Origin: Heteronotia binoei
Taxonomy: Eukaryota
Direction of reading: 5' to 3'
Length of the DNA: 64,000 nt
Assembly: GCF_032191835.1 (NCBI RefSeq)
Contig: NC_083239.1
Coordinates: 22,382,001 to 22,446,000 of the forward strand
How positions within the stretch are numbered: position 1 is the first letter of the stretch; the number at the start of each line of letters is the position of its first letter. Under the pieces are notes generated by a model, which was given only the letters and a program-made list of their open reading frames with translations, did not search any database and had not been told where the DNA came from. Shown one piece after another: positions 51,501 through 63,730 of this stretch. The position numbers and the translations under genes were made by a program.

Positions 51501-53611
51501 AAAAATTCCAATTGCAAGGCACTTTTCTGAGTGGGACTGACTTCTAAGTAAGCATATAATAGGATCCTGCTTATGGTGAGAAATGGGCTATGCTCTGTTT
51601 AGAGTCTATATTATAGGAAACAGAATGCTACAAGCAGAGACCCATGAGAAACTCACCAGGGAAGAGAATATAGCCCACCCCCATCTCTTCCTGGCTGCTC
51701 ACCTTTTCTTGTTGGTGCAGACTGGAGCAGCAAATCCCCCCATCCTCCTGCTGACCACCCGCCTTGCTTGCCTCCTCTCATGTGCAGGTAGTGGGGCTGA
51801 GGAAGGAACGAAGAAGCAGTAGCAAGCAACACCTGTGCCACCACCTCTTCCCCTCTCCCCCTGGTCCAGCTTTTCTCCTTGGTGAAGACAAGGCTAAGCT
51901 AGGGAAAGAAGAGGAGGTACCAGCACCTCATCTGGCTACCTTGTTACACATCTAGCTTTTTCCGTGGCTGACAGCAGCTTTCACCACCATCCAACTCCCC
52001 CCTGCCACACCCGTGGATCATTCAAATCCCCCCCGCAGCTTCTTTCTGCCCCTCCAGCTTTCTCCTCCTTGCCGTCCTACTTCCATCTACTTCCTGGTCC
52101 TTCCCTCCTTTCTTCCTCACTGCCTCTCCCACAGCTGCCTTGCCTGTTTGCTCATGGAGCCTGTGCCTCTCTGGCTTACCCAGCAGTGGCACCTCTGCCA
52201 CTCTTCTGACCCCCTCCTCCCTTCTCTACCACTTTTACAGTCACTGCTTCACTTTCTAGCAGTGGCAACAGTGGTTCCTCCATCTGGCAATCCCAACAAT
52301 AGTGTCTTCCTGCTGCCTCTGCCTGTGTCTGGGGTTGCTAAGCCACCTTCAAAATGATGGCTGAGATCTCGTGATGCACCATCACAAGACTTTGGCCTTC
52401 CCCCAGTTAAGTATACATTTCTGTCACTTTTTTTATTTTCAGATTTTTATGCACACTTGGAGGCTGTCCCAAGTGAGTAGAAAAACATCCCTTCTTTGTA
52501 CATGGCCCTAATCTGTGGATTGAATGATCCGTATCTAGGGCCAAGTTCAGAATTAGATATAATGACATTGTGACATGCGGATCCAGCATTCTAGCAATGC
52601 AATCCTTGGCAGAGCAGCTCTAGACTAAGTCTATTGAATTCAGTGGGCTTAGACTGGAATAGGATCGCATCATCATTCTGTTAGCTGATGTCTGCAAAAG
52701 AGGAATGACTGAGCAGTGTCAAGGGATCCTGGAATGGAAGCAACAACACCAATAAGGGTGTGAGAAACGGAGTATTACAGAAACATCAGTGTGCCCCTGT
52801 TTCAATCAGTTAAGTCCTGATGGGTTTGCAAAGTACAGCTGAATCTTGAGGAAAACAGCTGGTGCCTGCCTGAGGGCTCCTCCAGGCTCCAGCAGAGCTC
52901 TGGGGTTTTTTTACTCTTCTGGCATGGCACGGCATTGCTCTCAACTGTTGGTGGACCAAACCATGAAAAGTGGGAGAAGAGGGAATGAGCTTCAGTCTAA
53001 ATAAAAACAATGAAACCCTCAACGTGATCAAAGAGAATAAATGTCCTAATTCGAGCAGAGCTTATCTTCTTGCCTTTGTCATACTGAGCCCCTCCCTAGG
53101 GGGCCATTGCTGAGTCTCTGTGCACCTCCTGTTACAGCTAGTGCCCCAGTCCTGGTCCCAGGTTTCTTCTTATCTGCATGTGCATGATGCTAGAGAACCA
53201 CAGGGCCTGGGATGCAGTGAGCAGCAGAGACAATGCAGGACTCTGATGATGAAGGTGACCAGGGTGGGGGGAAGAAACTGGAAAGCTCTAAGACCACCCA
53301 CTGAGACTTGATAGTCTTCATTGCAGGGAGCAGTTTGAGAAAATTTACCATCAGCATCACATTTGGTGGCCTCTGATAGGAGCTGCAGGGAACAAGAAGA
53401 ATCAAAGATCTGAGTACTCTGTTGGATTGCTGGTGGAATAGAGAGTACCACCCTGGGAAGATCAACTCCATGTGCTTGAGATCTCCAGAGAATAAAGGCA
53501 GAGGGCACAATGGGAATCAGACAGTTCTTCCCTCATGGAGGAGGGCTACAATTGCAAGCAGGAGCAACACTGGATCATGGTTCCTTGCACCGCTCCAATG
53601 CCAGCCAGGTG

Positions 53612-56600
53612 TTACAACATTAAAAAATTGCTCAGATCTTCATCCCCTTCAATCTTTACACCCTGCAGTAATGGGAAATCCACCAGGTCCCCCTCCAGGA
53701 AGACGGCATCCTCTTGGAAACTGCAGCTATGTGTCCCAGCTGGCTGGTTGTCATGAAACCACAGGTTCTCATAGGGCTCTGGGCTGGGCATCGACTCACT
53801 CAGAAGTGGCTGTGTGGAGTTGGAGCGCAAGTAGAAAGAGGATGGTGCTTCTTGCTGGCTGTGGTAGCTGTCGAAGAACACCTTGGCATACTGAACGGAC
53901 TCTGAGCTGTTCACGTGAGGGGCTGGCTTGGGGCTGCTATGTGACAAAGCAGCGTCAGTGTTAGAAGGATCTGACCATGGCTCATCAAGGAGGAGCTTTG
54001 GAGGCTCACTCTTCTTCTTATCCTTTTCAAGCATTAAGATGGCAGTAATGATGATGGGACTAAGTTCTCCTGACTTGTTAACTGTGAAAACCTCCTGGGG
54101 AGAAGATGGGAAGAAACAGAACAGTTAAAGGAAGGAGCTCAGAGCTCAGCATGTAGCCCAGAACTACCTGCTGTCTTGGTGATGTTCAGGGCTCAGGTTC
54201 CTCAAGGAAAGTCCCATTTCAGCTCTACTGATAGAGGCTCTTCATTCCATGTTAAGAGCCCAAATTCTGCCATGGCAGATTGCCTTTGAACATGGAGGAT
54301 CTGTACCACAACCACCCACAGACTTATTCCCCCATCTGTTCAACTGGACTAGCACAGCAAGAATTTCACATTTGAGACTCTCAGGGCTTTTTTGAGCAGG
54401 AACACACAGGAATGCAGTTCCGGCTGGCTTGGTGTCAGAGGCAGTGTTCCCTCTAAGCTGAGTTAGTGTGAGCTAGCTCACAGTTTTTTAGCCCCCAGTC
54501 CAAACATCTTATCAAAAAGGGATTGTTTTTAAACAAAATCTATCACTTTATCCTTTGCATATCTAGATTTTATTTGAAGTTTCATCCACAAATCTGTTAT
54601 TATATCTTGTTGAATTAATTTGTCATCCACCTTTAGGTCAACTGTATCTGAAAGGAGGGACTCATATTTTTTGAAAATTGAATAAGTTTGGTTGAGTGAA
54701 TGCTTCTATAGGAGAAACCTATTTGGGTATCTCTTTATATATCTGGAAGAGCCCCATGGCGCAGAGTGTTAAAGCTGCAGTACTGCAGTCCTAAGCTCTG
54801 CTCATGACCTGAGTTTGATCCCCGGTGGAAGTTGGGTTTTCAGGTAGCCGGCTCGAGGTTGACTCAGCCTTCCATCCTTCTGAGGTTGGTAAAATGAGTA
54901 CCCAGCTTGCTGGGGGGAAAGTGTAGATGACTGGGGAAGGCAATGGCAAACCACCCCATAAAAAGTCTGCTGTGAAAACATGAAAGCAATGTCACCCCAG
55001 AGTCGGAAACGACTGGTGCTTGCACAGGGGACCTTTCCTTTCCTCATATATTTGGGGTTCTAGTCAAATCCAGATATTAAATAAAGAGCTTCTTATTTCA
55101 TGATTTTAAATTTTTTTATAGCTTTCTGGTTTAACATGCCAAAGAAATTAATGCCATCCTAGATTCAAGTCTGAACCTTCTATTAACAATAATTTTTTAT
55201 TTTATAACAAAATCCTGTCCTGTAACCAAACAAGGCTGATGCCCTGTAATATGTTTGCCAGTCCAGGAGGGCCAAACCTCCCCTTTCATTGGAATCTTGT
55301 AAAACTTTCAATTTTATTCTGGACCTTGTTTTACCAGACCAATTTAGACTAATAATGAAGATATACAACTTTTTTTTTAGCCTAAAGATGCAAAATGAGA
55401 GTATAAAAGACTGTATGGTTAAATGGGCTCAAAATGTGGGACATAATATAGACCTGAAAGCCTGGGAGAAAGTTTGGAAATGTAATATAAAAATGACTAG
55501 ATCAATGGACTTAAAAGAGAACATTTACAAAATGTTTATAGATGGTATCTAACTCCAGACAAATTAGCAAAAATGTATCAGAACATGTTAAATAAGTGTT
55601 GGAAATGTAAGACTACAACAGAAACTTTCTATCACATCTGGTGATTGCATGATAGAGGCTAGAGCAAAGACTTATTAGAAGACGGTACATGAACTATTAC
55701 AAAAAAATTTGAAGGTACAAATCAGATTCTAACCAGAGCTCTTTGTACTAAATATGTTACCAGAGGATTATTCCAGACAGACAAAAGTGTTTTTGTTACA
55801 AGTGATAACTGCAGCCAGAACAATCTTTGCCAAATATTGGAAATCACATGAAATACCGACAAAAGAAGAGTTGATAGCTAAACTTCTAGAGCTTGAAGAA
55901 ATGGATATTTTATCAGCCAGGCTGAAAGATGCTAATCTTTGCGAAACGAAGAAAACATGGGAACCGCTATATAACTGTTTACAGTACATTACATAAACTC
56001 TCAAAATAAGATAAAAAGTATTATGTGTGATAAATATTGCTATATAAAATATATTCTTGTCTTAGTAGGATATTAAGAGATGTTAATGGTTAATGAACTG
56101 TAAGATGAAAATGCAGAAAAATATTATAAGATGATTGATGGTGAATGTAGAGAATATGAAATGAATAATGTATAAGTAGAAATGCTATAACAATATTGAA
56201 TTATTTTCTTACCTTTTCCCCTTCCCCTTTACCCTAAACCTCATTTTACCAGAAAACCCAATAAAACTATTTTAAAACACAGTTTTTTTAGCCCTTAGTT
56301 GACACATTTTTGTCATAGCTCTAGAAAAATGGCCCCAGAGCAAACTAATTTATGCAGTAGCTCACAACTTTAATGCCAGTAGCTCACGAAGTAGAATTTT
56401 TACTCACAAGACTCCACAGCTTAGAGGGAGCATTGGCCAGGGGGTGTGGCTTAATATGCAAATGAGTTCCTGTGGGCTTTTTCTACAAAAAAGCCTGGAG
56501 ACCTTCATAATCAAACTCTGTGGTGAGGGGCAGCTGAGGTTTTGTGTCTCACTACAGAGTCTCATCTATAGGCTGATGGGGAGGGGGGGTGTCATATACA

Positions 56601-59600
56601 TGCATCATCACAGTGTGCATCAGTGTGAGTTTCACAGTTTCCCAGCTGTGCTTCTGCCAGCAGAAACTTTGAACTGTAGGTAAGAAGACCACTGAAATGG
56701 GAGTCGATTGACTGGAAAGGGAGCAGCAGCTGGCCTAGCTGTGGAGTTGACATCATTACCTCTTGCAGCACTGTTGGAGCCCATTTGCCCAGACTGCTGT
56801 TGGCTGGATCAGGGATGCTGGGCCAGAACTGCAGCTTCATCCTGTGGGTCACAGAGGAGAGAAACCAGCTGAAACTCTGGAGGGTGGGCATCCCCAAAGA
56901 CTACTAGCTTCTTTGCCAAGAGGGTGGCCAAGAGAATCATTGATCTGTGGGCCATTTTCAAAGCCAAACTCTGGCTATCAATGTGCTGAAGCTAAAGACA
57001 GCCCTTCCATTACCTTCCTTGCACTTCATCCCTTCTCCACCACTGGTCCTTCTTCTGCTCTCCTCTGTATCTTCTGCTGGGCTATATACCCCATACCCCA
57101 AAGCATCACCCTCTCTGGACCAGTTTTTTCAGCAAGCCAAAGGGCATGCTCATCCCACTGTTCTGTAGTCCTCCAAAAGTACTGTAACACTCTATTTGCT
57201 CACAGATTATGACCACCTCATGGGGAGAAGCACCAGCATCCTATTACTTTTGATGCTCTGGAAAACTCCTGCCTCCCTCTGTCCTCACTGGCCTTCTTCC
57301 TGTTTCTGCCTGCTGGAAAGTGCTGTCAAGTCACAGCTGATTTATGACTACCCCATAAGGTTTCCGAGACAACAGATGATGGTGATCGTCATTGCCTGCC
57401 TCTGCACAGCAGTCCTGGACTTCCTCAGTGTTCTCCCACCTAAGTACTAACCAGGGCCAACCCTGCTTAGCTTCCCAGATCTGATGAGACAGTGATAGCC
57501 GGGGCCATCCAGGCCAGGGCCTTCCTTTCTAAGAAATTAATTCAGCAAAACCAAATCTGAATCCAGTAGCCAGCCTTTCTTCTGTCAGCTATGTGCATTG
57601 AAGCTTTTCTTTATTACCTTAAATGTTTATCTGAATGCTAACTAACACCCTCGCACCCCGCCTCACTAACTGTAACGAAATGTGAAGAATAGCTGGGAGA
57701 GATAGTCCAGGTGCCAGAGAGCTTCCCAGAGAGCTTTGAAGTGTTATACATCTAACTAGTTCTCAGGCCGGCCTAGCAAGGCCACAGCGGGGAGGAGAGA
57801 CAGGCCATGCCGGGGAGATAACAGATAAGAGAAATGCTCACTGTCAACGAGACAGCCCAGGTTTTATTATGGGAAGCAACTTAAGGCTCCTTGCTTTGAT
57901 GTGTATCCATAAATGCTTATGCTTGAACCCCTTTCGTCATTAGTATCAATGACTCTCCGCTGTGCAACATTGTTGTAATCAATAAATGGAAACTTATTTT
58001 TAAACTAAAATAAGTCTATTCATTCTTGGAACTTCAATGCCCCTATGCTGACATCTTCCTCCCTGCTGCATTGGAGTCCCTCCTGGTCCACCTGCATAGG
58101 CTATATGCTGCTGCTTGGCCTCGCCTTGTTCCATGCCCACTGAGCACGTTTTTCCTCTCTCTTCTGTGTCTACGTATCACCTAGCACCCAGATCTTCAAT
58201 AAGAGTCTGTATCTTCTAGCTCCTTCCCATGCTTACTTTTTGCTCTTCTGGAAACAGATGATGAGGACGATCAGCATGACCAAGAGCAGAAGGATAAACA
58301 GATATGCAAATGAGATGTCTATGTCATCTGGAATGGAGAGCAGAGTATTAGCAGTAGGGTTGCCAATCCCCAGGTGGGGGCAGGGGATCTACCGGTTTGG
58401 AAGCCCTCCCCCCACTTCAGGGACATCAGAAAGAAGGGGAGGGGAATGTCTGCTGGGCACTCCATTAATCCCTATGGAAACCGATTCCCATAGAGTATAA
58501 TAGAGATTTGATCTGTAGGTATCTGGGGTTCTGAGGGCGGCTGTTTTTTGAGGTAGAGGCACCAAATTTGCTGCATAGCATCTAGTACCTCTCCCCAAAA
58601 TACCCACCAGGTTTCAAAAGACCCTAAGGAAGGTGCCCCTATCCTTCATTATTTCCAATGGAAGGAAGACATTTAAAAAGTGTGTGGTGCCTCTAAATGT
58701 GATGGCCCAAACTCCTTTTGGAGTTCAATTATGCTTGTCACAACCTTGCTTCTGGCTCCACCCCCAAAGTCCCCAGATATTTCTTGAATTGGACCTGGCA
58801 ACCCTAATTAGCAGGTGGCAGGCACCTACCCTCGGGCCCAATATATGGAGGAGGAGAAAAGCTGGGCACTTTGAACTGAGCTGGTTCACACTTGCAGGCC
58901 CTCTCTGTTTCTTCAGTGTAGCATCCAATGGGGCATGAGTGAATGAATGGTTGCAAACAGAAGGTTTCCATAAACTCAACTGATCAAGAGGCCCTTTTGA
59001 AGACTCCAAGAGGCTCAAGGCAGACTGCTCTTTTGAAAGGTCCCTTCTTGGAAACCACCAGGGCTTTTTTTGTAGCAGGAACTCGTTTGCATATTAGGCT
59101 ACACCCCCTAATGTAGCCAATCCTCCAAGAGCTTACAGGGCTCTTCTTATAGGGCCTACTGTAAGCTCTTGGAGGATTGGCTTCATCAGGGAGGCGTGGC
59201 CTAATATGCAAAGGAGTTTCTGCTATAAAAAAAAAAGCCCTGGTAACCACACTTCTCTTCTCAGTTGGGAAATTACGCACACACCCTTTTCAATAACCAT
59301 TTGTATTTGACATCAGAATTGAACACTGCACTGTGTTCAGATTTCATGCTTAAAAGCTGAAATATAGAGCTCCCCAGAAAGGTTATATTCACTTGCAGAT
59401 TCCAACACTCCTTCTTCAAATCAGGTCCTTCTGTTTAGGACCTAAAGTTAGCAGGCAACTGGGGGGAATAAATCTGGCAAGTGATGGAAAACCCTGGCCA
59501 CTAAGGGCCAAGCTACACATTGTGATTTTCAACATGATGTAACAGAAGTCCCCAGCCTGATTTTGAATGAATCAGTCACTCGTCTATTAGACTTCCCTGC

Positions 59601-62600
59601 AGGAAGACATTTCACAAGTATGTGGGTCCATGATTTGGATCAGGACTGCAGTGCTTGGGGGAGAGGAGGCTTCAACCTTCCCTCCTATGCTGATTCCTAA
59701 CCTAAAATGACCCTTGAGGTCCTATTTGCTGGGTTGGGTAGGGGGCTGCACAAGTAGCCCTTTACCCTGTGCACCGTCATCCTGATCTGAATCGGGGCCC
59801 CACATGCTTGGGATTGGCTTGTGACTAATTGATTCAAAGCCTGGCTAAGGAAACCAAACACACCACTCCACGACTTGTTGGCCCTGATAGCTTGTTGGCC
59901 CTGATCCATGGATCTCTCTCTTTTCACGACTTGGCAGTATTCACCCCAAGCACTGGTTCCTCTTCCAGGGCTCTCCTTACCCTTTGCTTTAGTGTAGAGC
60001 ATCAGGATGGTTCCGTTGGTGTTCCCACCCATGGTGGAAGCCATGATGTGCACTTTGTACATCGTCAAAGGTTTGAGACCTTTGATGGTGAATGTGTTCA
60101 CAGAAGAGTTCACGACGGCACCTAGAGAGAAAGGCAGCCAGTCTTAGCCAAGCCAGCATGGAAGGAAGGATGGGCATGGGGAAGGCTCTGCAGGAAGGGG
60201 GGGTGGGGTGGAGCAGAACTGCCAGTGGGTGGTGCTTGGCATCCAGCATAGAATGCTTATTCCTCTTTCTGGAAAACAATGATACAAGTGGCACTTGAAC
60301 ACACAACACAAAATAGCTGCCTTATACTGAATTGCACCCTTGGTCCACAGAGGTCAATGTTGTTTACTCAGATTGGTGACTGCTCACTAGTGTCTTTGGC
60401 TGAGGTCTTTCACATCACCTACTGCCTGGTCCATTTTAACTGGAGATGCCACAGATTGAACCTGGAATCTTTTGCATGCCAAGCAGAGGCTCTTCCACTG
60501 AGCCACAGCCCCTGCCCAGATCAGGGCCAGAGAAAGAAGTCATGGCAAGTTCAGATACAGGAAGGTCCAAAGGAAAAGGAAATGAGGAACTGGGAAGAAG
60601 AGAGAAAGGGAAAGCCTTACTGGACTCATCAGATGCAGAAGGCAGAGCTGGTGAAGTGCTGCTCTGTCCCATGGTATTTATGCTATGGGGTCCATCTTGC
60701 CTCCCATGCTGTTTAATGGCTACATGAAAATGCTGGGAGAGATCATCAGTGGATTTCCTGACACTCAGCTCTGCTTCTTCTTAACTGCTGAGCCAGGTGG
60801 TTCTGTGGTATTTCTTAACAGGCTAGAGGACAGTGGCCTATGTTCTGGAAGACCTGGGTTCAAATTAGAGTTGCCAGCTCTCATTTGGGAAATACCTGGA
60901 TATTTTGAGGGTGGAGCCTGCGGAGGGTGGGGTTTGGGGAGGGGTGGGGTGGGGTATATTTCCATAGAGTCCACTGTCCAAAGTGGCCATTTTCTCCAAG
61001 TGAACTGGTCTCTGTTGCCTGGAGACTGTTCATAATAGAAGGAGATCTCTAGACACCATCTGGAGGTTCATATTAACTCTGATAGAAATGCAATAGAAAG
61101 AGATCCACAGAACAAGGTTGAATCAAAATTAAATAGCCATGAATTAACTAATACCAATCCAAATTAATAAGTTTCAGTAATTATTTCTTAAATCAGCATT
61201 TCATCAGGCAAGTAAATCAACAGTCTCTTAAAGTGCATACAGTCCCCAAAAGGCAAATTCCACAGTCTCTAAATTCCACACTCTCTTAAAGTACAATAGT
61301 ATGATGAGCCAGAAGAAAGTGCTTGCGCCAGTCCTTAATGGTTGAATAAAGTGCTTGTATAAATCCTCTTTGTATCTTCATTAATTCCAGATATTCATAT
61401 TGGCATGAATTGATAAATAGCCTCTGATGAATTCTGTTGACCTTTGCAGCCATTTCTCTACAATTCTTTCTCAAAGAGGCATTGTTAGAAGTCATTGTCA
61501 CTTCAAAAAAGGACAGCCAAGTCTCAAGCACATTCAACAGAGAACATTCTCAAAGGATGCACTTTAAGAGACTGTTGAATTTACTTACCTGATGGAATAC
61601 TGATATAAGAAATAACCACCTGTAGGTTGGTAAATCTCTACAATAATGTATTATTGTATTTACTCATGCACATGCATGTCTATGTGAGCCGCCCTGAGCC
61701 CGCCTTGGCGAGGAGGGTGGGATACAAATGGAATAAAATAAACAAATAAATAATACTCAGTTGTGAACCTTGCTGGGTGACCTTGGCCAGTGAACCTAGC
61801 TTATTCCACTGGGTTGCTGGAAGGGTCAAATGGAGCCGGGAAGATCCAGGCATGCTGTTCAGAGCTCCTGGGGTGAAGGGGAGGATGCATCTAGATGGAC
61901 AGAGGAAGGGACTGAACTGTAGGTAGGACTCACTGTTTGTGTCATCATCAGGGCTGATCCAGAAGATGGTGTAGTTGGTGATGAAGCCATTGCGCAGTTC
62001 CAGAGGAATGGGCTCCCAGTGGAGCTGAGCTGTGGTCTCGCCGATACTGCCTGGGTGAAGTTTGGGACTGTCAGATGGAGCTGTAAGGGGAGAAGGTTAT
62101 TAATAGCAGACCATAGTACCAGAGGAGGTGTAGCTTCAGTGCAGCTTGGCAAGGCTGCCAAATCAACTGTGATTAGGCCCACAGCTCAGAAAATGTGATG
62201 TAGCATCTGAGCATGTGCAGAGTGTCTGCTGAGTAATCTTAGGTGGCTGTGGCATCCAGGAAAGGTTATCCCCAAATTTCTCCTTTTAAAAATTAGGCAG
62301 TGGGACCCAGAAACAGCTTGTGGGAGAGTCTTTTTCCTTAGGTATCTCTGCTTCCCACTTCAGTATCAGTACGGTCAATGGGTTGGATCTCACTGATCCA
62401 TTTTGTTGAAGAAGTGCTCCCTCTTGTGTAAGCAGCCTTCATGGGATGCAATAGTTTTGGGTAGATCTCTTTGCACCAAGGGAAAAGTGCTACAGTGATG
62501 CACATTGGGAGAATGGTGATGAACATTGGGACAAAACATGCCAGCTTCAAGAATAGGCTAATGAGGTCTGAACTTGCTGAGACTGAGAGGGGAAAAGATC

Positions 62601-63730
62601 CTGGGGTTATAGCAGATAGCTCAAAGAAAGTGTCAACCTGGTGTGCTGCAGCACTGAAAAAAGCAAGTGTCAGGGATTATTATTCAGTCAGGGACTGAAC
62701 ATGAAATGGCCAATACTGTAATGTCCTTGTATAGATCTATGGCATGGCCTCATTTGGAATACTGTGTATAGTTCAGGTTTTTGTATCTCCAAAAGAACAT
62801 TAAAGAGCTGGAAAAAGTACAGAGGAAGAGAATCAAGATTATTAGGGGACTGGAGAACTTTCCCTATGAGGAAAGGCTGAAGGGTTTGGGACTTTTCAGT
62901 TTAGAAAAGAGATGACTAAGGGGGCATGATAGAGGTTTATAGCATGAGATGGAGAGACTTGACAAAGAGATTTTTTTCCTCTCCCAAAATACTAGAACTT
63001 GAGGGCATCCAATAAAGCTGATGGGCAGTAGGTTCAGCAAGGACAAAAGGAAAAAAGTCTTTAAACATTGAGTGATTAAAATGTGGAATTTGCTGCCAGA
63101 GGATGTAGTGATTGCCAAAGGGGATAAACAGGGGATTAGATAGATTTATGAAGGATAAGTCTATCAATGGCTACAAGCCATGGTGACTGAGGGGAACCTC
63201 CACATTCAGAAGCACTAATCCTCTAGGAGGCAACTTCAGGGGAAGGTCTCAGCCTCTATGCCCTGTTATTGGCCCTCCTGGGGAAGCAATTGGCCATTTA
63301 TGAGACAGGATGCTGGATAGCTCTTTTCTAAACTGAAAAGTCCCAGACTCTTCAGCCTTTCCTCGTAGGGAAGGTTCTCCAGTCCCCTCAGCATCTTTGT
63401 TCCCCCTCCTCTGTACTATTGGTCTGATCCAGCAGGGCTCTTCTTATGTACTGTTAGTGGAATGGATCTGTTGGATCCAACCTCAGGTTTGTAAAAAAAA
63501 AAAGAAGAAGAAGCAACAAAAAACTCTCTTCATAGTGAATCTCACCCTGCCAATGAAAAGCTTGTTTAAAAGAGAGTTTTGTGCAGCTAAATTCCATCAA
63601 TCCCCATTGCAGCAGAGCATCAGCATACCTTTCTGTCTGGTGTACACTTCTGTATGCTGGGCCAATCCCACTCCATCATTGTAGACAGGGTAGACGGAAA
63701 TATTGTATCGCTGGTAAGGCTCAATGTTTT
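53612..63730 (-). CDS. CSF3R: G-CSF receptor, 3' six exons (5' part lies outside the window)
   Basis: Exons (minus): 63629-63730, 61934-62080, 59981-60121 (FnIII), 58237-58327 (TM), 56760-56841 (Box1 [14 protein letters not shown]), 53612-54094 ([17 protein letters not shown]). Phases are consistent and the synteny with MRPS15 fits. Confidence 0.93.
54382..56497. mobile_element. Nested insertion: hAT MITE > second hAT MITE > L1 > SINE
   Basis: Outer MITE with TSD gagactct/gagacctt. Inner MITE 54442-56435 with TIR cagtgttccctctaagctg and TSD gtcagagg/gccagggg. L1 at 54495-56277. SINE at 54749-55043. Confidence 0.8.
54495..56277 (+). mobile_element. 5'-truncated, 5'-inverted L1-clade LINE
   Basis: Antisense ORF2 piece ([13 protein letters not shown]...[11 protein letters not shown]) up to about 55370, then a sense piece (KWAQNVGH...[11 protein letters not shown]). 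AATAAA at 56260. TSD of about 16 bp, cacagtttttt(t)agccc. Confidence 0.8.
57583..58053 (+). mobile_element. Solo LTR (471 bp) in a CSF3R intron
   Basis: TGTCAGC...GCTGACA 7-bp inverted termini with a perfect 5-bp TSD TCTTC, and AATAAA near 57981. Confidence 0.85.
58354..58806. repeat. TAGGGTTGCCA...TGGCAACCCTA dispersed MITE-like repeat family
   Basis: Inverted termini. Related copies or fragments at about 19064-19255, 31533-31682, 32330-32510, 46588-46785, 48550-48960, 50165-50405 and 60840-61070. Confidence 0.65.
59059..59242. mobile_element. Intact palindromic hAT-type MITE (184 bp)
   Basis: CAGGGCTTTTTTTG...AAAAAAAGCCCTG, self-complementary along most of its length. 8-bp TSD gaaaccac/gtaaccac. 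Confidence 0.85.
62480..63460 (+). mobile_element. CR1 LINE 3' portion
   Basis: Degenerate RT C-terminus (LEYCV.F...KLEKVQR, RGxMIEVY-like) followed by a CR1-type tail. Boundaries are approximate. Confidence 0.75.

Noticed and set aside
53170-53964. ORFs 53422..53964(+), 53170..53508(-) and 53190..53510(-)
   Set aside because: These are antisense shadow or 3' UTR ORFs of the CSF3R last exon with no motifs.
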